Program-made: the position numbers and the translations under genes | In this document: positions 8,853-17,077 of the stretch, in pieces | Layout: each line of letters starts with the position of its first letter | Position numbering within the stretch: position 1 is the stretch's first letter | Source of the DNA: Octopus sinensis | Taxonomy: Eukaryota | Reading direction: 5' to 3' | Assembly (NCBI RefSeq): GCF_006345805.1 | Contig: NW_021825006.1 | Coordinates: 1-17,077, forward strand | Length of the DNA: 17,077 nucleotides | The notes under the pieces: model-generated | Told to the model about the DNA's origin: nothing | What the model saw: the letters and a program-made list of their open reading frames with translations, nothing else | Database searches by the model: none

Positions 8853-9157
8853 TGGAGGCGCAATGGCCCAGTGGTTAGGGCAGCGGACTCGCAGTCGTAA
8901 GATCGCGGTTTCGGTTCCCAGACCGGGCGTTGTGAGTGTTTATTGAGTGAAAACACCTAAAAGCTACACGAAGCTCCGGCAAGGGGTGGTGATCCCTGCT
9001 GTACTCTTTCACCACTCTTTCTCCCACTCTTTCTTCTGTTGGCCTGCTCGCTTAGCCAGCGGGGTGGCGTCATTCGAAAGCTAAAACAATGCGAACGCAT
9101 TGTGACCAGCGATGTGTAACGACATCTGATGGTCTGGTCGGTCACGTGATCACGTGA
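8853..9157 (+). mobile_element. tRNA-derived SINE (family D, tail type 2) followed by (TA)n
   Basis: TGGAGGCGCAATGGCCCAGTGGTTAGGGCAGCGGACTCGC... matches 1670-1468 (minus) up to TCTGTTG-CCTGC. A different tail follows and ends GGTCACGTGATCACGTGA(TA)n. Confidence 0.8.
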
Positions 9158-9160
9158 TAT

Positions 9161-9197
<37 letters not shown>

Positions 9198-9669
9198 TAA
9201 TAGTAATGGTATGACAATAAAGAAGAATGAGACCTCGATGTGTAAATATAGGAATTTAACTATAAATGTAATATGTGACAATTATTCGGTTGCCATAATA
9301 AAACTCCGAGTTTCGGATGTCAGAGAGGAAAACTGCTCCGGCATCTCGTCAGTTAGTAAGACAAACAAAAATGCTACGAAAATGACCGTTAAACAAAGGG
9401 AAATTACTATGTAAAGGACCGTTATGATGACAAACAAAAGAGCAATTAGAATGACCGTTAAATAAAGGGGAAAAAACCCGAAAAGGGGAGAAAGTAAAAA
9501 GCGCTCATACGCACACATACGTACATGTGTGAAACACATACATGCACACCCACACACACGCCTATATAAATATATATAGTAGAATAAAAAACGTTCTAGT
9601 TTGTTCATCTCAGCCACGTGTGAATAACCAAAATATTTCAACACTGAATAAATTCTGGTTTAATATTTA

Positions 9670-10222
9670 TCAATTAAAATTAAGGAGACAATCTATATAA
9701 GATCTTATTAAGTAACCAGCGTTCGATATATGACTAAACTTTTTCAAAAAATCTTTTCCATCATTCCCTCGCTTTCAGCGCGTGTGTGTATAATGATAAA
9801 TTAGTTTAAAGCCATCTGGCGTCTTCTTCCAGCGTGTGGCATTACCTCCCGTTATTGACCTTACTATAATTTTAAAATTATTTCATAAAATTATAAACTT
9901 CATATTAATTTTTACCTTAATTGGTTTTATACGCTGGCTACTTGATAGAATGGGGACCGCTTGTGAAATCCACATATTCCCACGAAACTTCTTCCATGAA
10001 TTCTCAATGGCGAATACAATGGCGTCCCGATGGAACCGTGACTGGCTCGCTGTCTCCAGTGAACTGGCACAGGACCGTCGTGCGTGGGCTGCCATGGTTC
10101 GAGACGCCTCGAGGGTGGTAGAAGAAGCCGACTCAACCCGCCCAGGATGAATGTCGCCACAAGTACAAGTAAGTAAGTACTTGATAAAATCTTATATAGA
10201 TTTTATCCTTAATTTTAATTGA
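9670..10222. mobile_element. MITE with ~52-bp TIRs and TA flanks; right TIR interrupted by an RTE insertion
   Basis: Left TCAATTAAAATTAAGGAGACAATCTATATAAGATCTTATTAAGTAACCAGCG (9670-9721). Right arm 9932-9947 plus 10187-10222 reads CGCTGGCTACTTGATA|AAATCTTATATAGATTTTATCCTTAATTTTAATTGA. TA at 9668-9669 and 10223-10224. Confidence 0.8.
9948..10177 (+). mobile_element. 5'-truncated RTE-clade LINE 3' end with 9-bp TSD
   Basis: WNRDWLAVSSELAQDRRAWAAMVRDASRVVEEADSTRPG* (RTE-type C-terminus), tail CAAGTACAAGTAAGTAAG. TACTTGATA at 9939-9947 and 10178-10186. Confidence 0.85.
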
Positions 10223-10227
10223 TATAT

Positions 10228-10415
10228 GTGTGTGTTGTTTCCCCTACTATTACTTGACAACCAGGATTGCTTGGTTTACGACCCCTAAACATTGCGTCTT
10301 GGCAAATCAAACTGATAAAATAAATACCAAATTTTAAAATACTGAGGCTGGTTTGTTCGACTGAACTCTTCTATGTGACACTCCAGCCTGGCCGCAATGA
10401 ATTGAATGGAAAAAA
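10228..10415 (+). mobile_element. SINE family B, diverged 3' half
   Basis: CTTGACAACC...GTTTACGACCCC...GGCAAA...GATAAAATAAATACC...TTTGTTCGACT...CTCCAGCCTGGCCGCA aligns with the 3' half of 14968-15365. Confidence 0.65.
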
Positions 10416-10489
10416 AGGGAAAGATGAAAGACAAGAGATTCAAACTGAAACACATTCTGATCATGTTGGCAAGAATGGGCGTGATTGAT

Positions 10490-11010
10490 GTGTGCGTGCG
10501 TGCGGAGTGTGTGTGCGTTTGCGTGTGTGTGTGTGTGTGCGCTTGTGTGTGCTTGTGTGTGTGCGTGCGTGTGTGTGTGTGTGTCTGTGTGCGCTTCTGT
10601 GTGCGTGCGTGTGTGCGTACTGTCATCGCTGATTAGCTTTTGTTGATTTGTGTTCGTTTCTTTGAATCTTTGTGTGTGTGTGTGCGCGCGCTTGTGTGTG
10701 CTTGTGTGCGTGTGTGTGTGTGTGTGCGCGCGTTTGCATGTGTGTGTGTGCGCGCGCTTGTGTGTGCTTGTGTGCGTGCGTGTGTGTGTGTGTGAGTGTG
10801 TTTGCGTGTGTGTGTGTGTGCGCGCGCTTGTGTCTGTGCGCGCGCTTGTGTGTGTGTGTGTATGTGTGCGTGCGTGCGTGTGTATGTGGTTGTGTGCGTG
10901 TGTGTTTGCTTGTGTGTGTGCGTGCGTGTGTGCGTGTGTGCGTTTACGTGCGTGCGTATGTGTGTGTGTGTGTGTGTGTGCGCGTGCGTATGTGCGTGCG
11001 TGTGTGTGTG
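10490..11010. repeat. (GT)n/(GCGT)n microsatellite with a 51-bp unique island at 10621-10671
   Basis: Direct reading. Confidence 0.9.
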
Positions 11011-11109
11011 TTGGAGTGTTCCACAATATCTCTTTTAACCGAGTATAATGTATTTGTGTAAGTAACATATCTAAGATTCTGTGTCAGTAGAAAGCTTTTG
11101 ATCGGAGGA

Positions 11110-11637
11110 GCGAGAGAGACAGAGAGGGAGAGACAGGAGACAGTGAGGAAGAGACAGAGTGGGAGAGACAGAGAGAGAGAGACAGAGAGAGAGAGACAGA
11201 GAGGAATGTCTATGTGCAATCGAGGGCGATTTTTGTTTTCTTTATTATTAGACAATTTATTTTTACGTTTAAAATTTTCTGTACACACAATATATGATAC
11301 ATAAAATGTATACATATACAAATATATGTGTGTGCATGTATGTGTGTGTATAAACACACACACACATGCATATATATATATACATACACATACACAGATA
11401 TATATATATATACACGTACACACATATGTATGTATGTATTATATGCATATTTATACAACATGGTCACAGCCGGATGGCTTAAACTAGTAAAAGAAGAAAA
11501 GAAAATACAAGTAGGTATATATATATATGTGTGCGTGTGTATACACACACCACATGTATATGTATGAATTCAAGTACATATATATGTGCATATAGTATAT
11601 ATATATATATTACATATATATATATTATATATATATA

Positions 11638-11679
<42 letters not shown>

Positions 11680-11750
11680 TATGTATATATATATATTATA
11701 TGAGCACATATACACATACAATTGTGCATGTGTGTATGTGTGTGTGTGCT
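11110..11750. repeat. (GA)n/(GACA)n then (TA)n/(CA)n/(TG)n microsatellite patches
   Basis: Direct reading. Confidence 0.9.
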
Positions 11751-12239
11751 TTTTTTACGTGTATATGCGGTAGGATCTGAAATTTCTACCTTAATGCTTT
11801 TCGATGTTTTCATGATTTTCTTGCAGAATAGATTATCATTATCGGAGATTTTCTCTGACAATCTTCTGTATGAATGCAATGTTTGGAATTTTTCCTCTTG
11901 AAATCATTCTGTTGGTGACAGAAAATTGAACTAAAGTATTTTATAATAGATATTCCGACAGGAAGAGCATTCATGTGTTCCATTGGAGTTTGGTGGTGAG
12001 TTAGAGACAGGGAGAGAGGATGTCCGTGGTGAGAAGATGAAAGGAGGGGAAAAACGAAGAAAGAGTAAAAAGAAGCGTTATAACTTTATCTTTATCTTTC
12101 TCTCGTACACAAACACACATTCATACACACATCTATACGCATGCAAACACACTTTTACACAGATGCACATGCGCAAAAGAATCACATTCTAAAAGAGAAT
12201 AAAATGAAATAGATACCTCGATATGTATGTGTGCGTCAA

Positions 12240-12316
12240 ATACACACACACACCATTACACATTATACCACATATATAACAATTACATATATATATATAT
12301 ATATATTAATATATAA

Positions 12317-12365
<49 letters not shown>

Positions 12366-12373
12366 TATACATC

Positions 12374-12432
<59 letters not shown>

Positions 12433-12540
12433 GTATATACGTACTATATATATATATATATAGATATATATATATATCTATATATATATTATCTATTATA
12501 TATCTATATATCTATAATTATCTATATATATATATATATA
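12240..12540. repeat. (TA)n-rich microsatellite
   Basis: Direct reading. Confidence 0.95.
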
Positions 12541-12849
12541 GCATGAATTAGCAAAATCTGATTAAGCGTGTGAACCCAATGGTTACTGGCGTTGGCCAAG
12601 TTGTTGAATGGCTGCGAGTAAGTTTTGCTAATATTTTTGATGTAAAAGTGATTTCTTTCATTCTTTTATTTACTTATTGTCATCGCTGTTTAGTTTTTGT
12701 TGATTTTTGTTCGTTTCTTTGAATCTTTATTACTGTTGCGTTAAACTGATGACAGAATAATGAATAATGAATAATGAATGCAGATGCGGAAGGAATATCT
12801 GGGTAAAAGAAGGTAAATATGTATTATAGGTGAGCTGGTGTAAATAATT

Positions 12850-13035
12850 GATAGATAGGTAGATAGATAGAAAGATAGATAGACAGAAAGCCAGACAGAT
12901 AGATAGACAGGCGGATGGGTGGTTGGGTAGGTGGATGAGTGGATAGATGGATGGATGGATAGATAGACAACAGACAGACAGATAGACATGTAGGTACGTA
13001 GATAAATATACAGATAGATAAATAGACAGATAGAT

Positions 13036-13118
<83 letters not shown>
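12850..13118. repeat. (GATA)n/(GATG)n/(GACA)n microsatellite
   Basis: Direct reading. Pure AGAT from ~13034. Confidence 0.95.
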
Positions 13119-13119
<1 letters not shown>

Positions 13120-13120
13120 T

Positions 13121-14363
13121 GTTTCTTTATTAGCCACACAGGGCTGCACAAAGACGGAACAAATTACAAGGTAGAGCTTTTCTTTTGGGGATAAAAAAAA
13201 GGGGGTTTGGTTTTCGATCAAAAGGGATCGTAAAAAGAAAGAAAGAGGAAAGCAAAAAAAAAGGAGGGGAATAAAATAAAAGGAAAAAGAAAAAATCGAT
13301 CAATAGGGATCGTTACCACAGAAATGTCAATATAAAGTGTAAAGGGGGGGACAGGTAAGGTTTACCCGTGGAAAGAAAAGCCTACGGAAAAGACCACGGT
13401 AACCTCGGTCAATGAAGTCACATGTCATATTTTTTTTTACAAATAAGCAACACTCTGTATTAATTTTTACGGTTCATAGGATCATAGTCAAGGTGGCTTC
13501 GTCATTCATACGTGCCATCCTTGCTACATTCACCCTTTTTTTTTAAACATTCACTAGACAAACTTGCCTCTCTACTCTCACTTTCCTCTTCAAGTGATAC
13601 TTGAAGAAGTTTGATGAGAGATTGACCAGAGAGGAAAGTGTTTGTCTCTTAATCCTTTCAGGCGCGTCCACCAATACATTCTTTCGCCATAGCCACAAGT
13701 ATGATAAAAATAGCTCTTCCTTCCCGTTTGAAGAAAGGAGGCGTGACGATATTAACGATAGACTCGGCTGATAAACCGACACGTCCCACACGTGACAGCA
13801 GTCGTTCGACATAAGCCCACAGGTCGGAGATTGTTGGACACTGCACGATTGCGTGCAGCACAGTTTCATCGCTCTGCCCGCATCTCGGGCAGGTTGACCC
13901 CGTGTTTCTCGAGCCGTGTCTGTAGAGCTTATCCCGAACGGGTAGCGCTTCTCGGTAGCACTGCCAGGCCAGGGATCTCTGGAAGTTGTCCATAGGTCCC
14001 GGCCGAAAGATGTCTCAAACAGGCGGGTCAGGTATTCCTCGTCGACGCCCAGGTTCGCCCCAAGATCGTCGTCGTACCTCCCCTCCACTAATCCCCTATA
14101 GAATGCTTGGGTTGTGTTGAAGTCACTCAAGGTCGACCCGGGACGGCAGAGTTGCTTGAGAGCAACGCGACACTCGCGGTGCCATTCGCCCTTCCTCGGC
14201 CTCTTTTTGATCCACGACTGCAGTTCTGTCATGGAGACGAGCTGCGGGAACGCGTGCCTCACAAACGGCGACCACACCTGTTCACCGTCGTCTACATAGA
14301 GCCGGAGATGTCGCAGTCTCAGCGCGTGTCTGCGCATCATCAACCGCGGCATGCCCAGCCCTC
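13121..14363 (-). mobile_element. 5'-truncated Tx1/L1-clade non-LTR retrotransposon (ORF2 C-terminus plus ~420-bp 3' UTR) inside an (AGAT)n array
   Basis: Starts at GLGMPRL (GGLGxP post-RT motif). After a frameshift near 13995 comes zf-RVT-like LAWQCYREALPVRDKL...CPRCGQSDETVLHAIVQC. Further frameshifts follow, and the 3' end reads ...GCTAATAAAGAAAC directly into (ATCT)n. Confidence 0.85.
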
Positions 14364-14473
<110 letters not shown>

Positions 14474-14508
14474 CTGCTAACCCGAAGATCAAGCCTGAGA
14501 GTAAACTG

Positions 14509-14668
14509 GGCGCAGGAATGGTTGTATGGGTAAGAATTCCGCTTCGTGAACACATAATCGCAGGTCCTATCTTAGTGCGTGACAATTTGAGTGAAAGATT
14601 TTTCCTTTAGTTTTGTTAACCAATGTCTTGTGAGTAAAATTTGGTTGACAAAAGTTGTTAAAAAACCA
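14509..14668 (+). mobile_element. SINE family B, highly diverged 5' part
   Basis: GGCGCAGGAATGGTTGTATGGGTAAG...ACCAATGTCTTGTGAGTAAAATTTGGTTGAC aligns loosely with the family B head. Confidence 0.5.
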
Positions 14669-14932
14669 GCGGTTACCTGCTGCGGAAATCGGCTATCAGA
14701 ATACACGAGAAGGAAAATCTCTTCAGTAAATACATTAGTTTCAAGCAAACTAAAAATCCAGATAATTACCTTCAGTCACAAAAAAATCGTATTTATTTCA
14801 CGGTTTGGTTACAGCTGTTTCAATAACGTATGGCTGACAAATCATATACTTCAAGATATACAAGGTAGCAACTATACTGTCATATCGATTATTATGGTAT
14901 TGATCATATAATGAAAGACCCATAGTCATTCA

Positions 14933-15365
14933 TCTTTTGTCTTTTACTTGTTTCAGTCATTAGACTGCGACCACATGGTTCCGGGTTCAGTCCCACTGCG
15001 TGGTACTTTGGGCAAATGTCCTCTGCTATAGCCTAGGACCGACTGAAGCATTGTGAATGTGTGAGTGGATTTGGTAGACGGAAACTGAAAGAAGCCCGTC
15101 ATTTATATATATATATATATATGTGTGTGTGGTGGTATGTATGTATGTATGTATGTATGTATGTATGTATGTGTGTATGTACATTTCTTTGTGCCTGTGT
15201 TTGTACCCCCATCACCTATAACTCAGCGGTTCGATCAAAAGAACCGATAGAATAAGTACTAAGCTTCAAAAAGATCCTGGAGTCGATTTGTTCGACTAAA
15301 ACCCTTCAAGGCAGTGCTCCAGCATGGCCGCAGGCAAATGACTGAAATAAGTAAAAGAATAAATG
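14933..15365 (+). mobile_element. SINE family B, 5'-truncated (14968-15365), fused to an inverted copy of the family 3' end (14933-14973)
   Basis: ACCACATGGTTCCGGGTTCAGTCCCACTG...AATGACTGAAATAAGTAAAAGA. Upstream TCTTTTACTTGTTTCAGTCATT is the reverse complement of that 3' end, with one mismatch. Confidence 0.85.
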
Positions 15366-15405
15366 AATATGTGTGTGTGCCTGTGTGCCTGTGTGTGTGT
15401 GTGTG

Positions 15406-15444
<39 letters not shown>

Positions 15445-15651
15445 CAAAGTATGAACTCCCATCGAAATCTACATACCATGGACAAGAAGCATTTCTACCC
15501 CTCCCACACACCACTTTCCCTGGATAATGGAACTACAACTGTAACATCCCACATATATTTTTACTTTTATCTTTATTCTCTTATTTCCATCTTATTTCCA
15601 AAATAACTCCTTATATTGAACTCTACAATTTCCCTCTACTTAATTTTCTCT

Positions 15652-15709
15652 CATCGTCTCTGATGAAGGGAAATCCCTAATATCCCAGAAACAGCTGTAA
15701 GTCTACATG
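15652..15709 (+). ncRNA. Type I hammerhead-like motif in a Penelope-like repeat (~15500-15757)
   Basis: GTCT-CTGATGA(15660-15666)-A-[GGGA AATCCCTAATA TCCC]-A-GAAA(15688-15691)-C-AGCT-GTA(15697-15699)-AGTC. The core is intact, stem III is the palindrome ACAGCTGT, and stem I pairs 3 of 4. Confidence 0.6.
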
Positions 15710-15754
15710 TCCTATAAATTCCACACACCCTTGGCTTTGTTGTCTCATTTTATT

Positions 15755-15793
<39 letters not shown>

Positions 15794-15927
15794 TATATAT
15801 ATTATATATATATATTATATAATATATATATATTAATCATTTAGGGTAGCAAAAAATTCAATAGAAATTATTTTGCCACCAGCGGTCTAGTGAGAAAGAG
15901 GAAATAGTCAGAGACTATAAATAATTC

Positions 15928-16186
15928 AACAATAATTGAGGAACGACCACAATAGGCCGTTCGACCCACTAGAAAGAGCAGCCAGAATTTATTGGGTTTA
16001 ATTTAATTTAATCAGGCGGGTTTGCCATTAAAAAACGCCGAAACAATGCATTGTCTAAAGATGAACAGGGTAAATGTTTTTTTATCTTTCCTTAAATTTC
16101 GGAATTACTACTATTTGCGGTTGGAGCCCTGGCTGCTCTTTCTTGTGGGTCGAACGGCCTATTGTGGTCGTTCCTCAATTATTGTT
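15928..16186. mobile_element. 259-bp MITE-like foldback element with 58-bp near-perfect TIRs
   Basis: 15928-15985 versus 16129-16186: 57/58 inverted identity (AACAATAATTGAGGAACGACCACAATAGGCCGTTCGACCCAC[T/A]AGAAAGAGCAGCCAG). The right end abuts AG(AT)n. Confidence 0.85.
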
Positions 16187-16643
16187 AGATATATATATAT
16201 ATATATATATATACAGACATATAGGAAATAAACAGACACCTTTAATTTAAAAATCTTTTATTTAATACGCAAAGTGAACAATTGAAATGTAATCGATAGG
16301 TAGGACTACATAGTTTAGTATTTAGTTGACATTCCCTTCGTAGTTTTTAATTCAGAAACTCTTTTTGGTGTTGAACTGATGAGCTTTCTTATTATCTCTC
16401 GTGGAATTTTTGCCCACTTTTCACGCAACAATCGAAACAATTCATCTTAAGATTTAGGTTTCTGTCGAATTTTTCGTATAGCTCTATCTATTATGCTCCA
16501 AAGATTTTCAATTGAGTTCATGTCAGGAGATTGGCTTGGTCAAGGAAGCTTTTTGATCCCATTTCCAATTAGCCATTGTTGATTCCTTTTCGCTGTGTGG
16601 CATGGAGCCCCATCTTTCATGAATAACAACTCCTTTTTCAATG

Positions 16644-16881
16644 TGAGGTATACTAGCCATCTCAATATGGCTAACCACTAAGGGTGGGTGTTACTGTAGC
16701 TTGTAGCTCCAGGAGAACATCGTCTCCAGCTGGCTTTAGGCACACTTTCTATGCCCTTATATTATTTGCAAAGGGAGGTCATCCCTCCCTCGTCACCTAA
16801 GTGATACGCACGGACTGCAGTTTCTAGGTATTGACCTGTCGTCGGCGTACGACAATCACCGGTTTTCGATGAAGGGAGTCC
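16644..16881 (-). mobile_element. 238-bp non-coding structured insertion (retrozyme-like or solo-pLTR-like) with CAATG target duplication
   Basis: CAATG at 16639-16643 and 16882-16886. Removing the insert rejoins the Tc1 sequence (...GCATTG AAAAAGGAGTTGTTATTCATGAAAGAT... on minus). It contains several hairpins and a hammerhead-like domain. Confidence 0.75.
16795..16863 (-). ncRNA. Type I hammerhead ribozyme-like domain
   Basis: Minus: ACC-GGUGAU-UGU-CGUACG-CCGACGA-C-AGGU CAAU ACCU-A-GAAA-C-UGCA-GUC^CGUGCG-U-AUCACU-UA-GGU. Stem I is 6 bp plus an internal loop plus 6 bp, stem II is 4 bp, stem III is the palindrome ACUGCAGU, and the triplet is GUC. Deviations: U4->C and an extra C/A at the base of stem II. 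Confidence 0.65.
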
Positions 16882-17077
16882 CAATGCTTCGTTTGTTATC
16901 GTTTGAATACATCGGAAGTAAGTCCTTGCTTAAGTATTTCGATGTAGAGTTTATGGTTCCAACACATTCGATCAGCTCAGAACGACCATTGCTGGTGACA
17001 GCTCCTCATACCATTACAAAGATACCGCCATGTTTCACAGTTGGTTGGAGTCGTTTCAAATCAGGTTCTTGATGCAT

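Larger units (their letters stand above)
16315..17077 (-). mobile_element. Decayed Tc1-family (DD34E) transposase, running off the window end and interrupted at 16644-16881
   Basis: LQPTVKHGGIFVMV*GAVTSNGRSEL..., then FMKDGAPCHTAK...LP*PSQSPDMNSIENLW...PKRV...KGMSTKY*. D (16612-16614) and E (16507-16509) are separated by 34 codons. Confidence 0.9.

Noticed and set aside
8853-8930. tRNA-like sequence (also 1595-1670 and the heads of families A and B)
   Set aside because: These are SINE heads. They lack a complete cloverleaf and acceptor stem and run into SINE bodies.
9352-9358. TACTAAC branch-point match on the minus strand
   Set aside because: The nearest AG is too close, and no pyrimidine tract lies between it and later AGs.
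9808-9822. CGCCAGATGGC CTCF-like motif (minus) inside the MITE
   Set aside because: A partial match to a short degenerate motif, expected by chance.
2010-12551. Many 60-300 aa ORFs rich in MYVC, HTYI, IYIY or CVCV
   Set aside because: They are translations of stop-free microsatellites with no coding signal.
14677-14749. Minus-strand exon candidate with a CAG|GTAACC donor
   Set aside because: Two frames are open but no protein is recognised, and it conflicts with the plus-strand candidates. It cannot be supported without RNA data.
15875-15920. Minus GTCT-CTGACTA...CTAGAC resembling another hammerhead remnant
   Set aside because: G8 and the GAAA segment are missing, so it is too degenerate to call.
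16372-16400. CTGATGAG motif
   Set aside because: It is the antisense of Tc1 codons (KLISS) with no matching GAAA or stems.

Overview
Eukaryotic, repeat-saturated, AT-rich non-coding DNA. The mix of SINE families, (TA)n/(TATG)n/(GATA)n microsatellites and nested TE fragments looks like an Octopus or other coleoid cephalopod intron or intergenic region; this is pattern recognition, not a database result. There is no intact protein-coding gene, tRNA/rRNA or CRISPR array, and most listed ORFs are microsatellite read-through. Recognisable parts are three tRNA-headed SINE families (labelled A, B and D here), decayed mariner and Tc1 (DD34E) transposase fragments, R4/Dong-like, RTE and Tx1-like LINE fragments, two MITEs with long TIRs, and several hammerhead-ribozyme-like motifs. 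The best lead is a 238-bp, TSD-flanked, densely structured element inserted in the Tc1 remnant (16644-16881, minus). It carries a type I hammerhead-like fold with a palindromic stem III, a GUC cleavage triplet and an extra unpaired N/A pair at the base of stem II. Two other Penelope-like copies (about 7770 and 15660) share that architecture, which suggests a variant hammerhead or retrozyme-like family. Ribozyme activity is untested inference.
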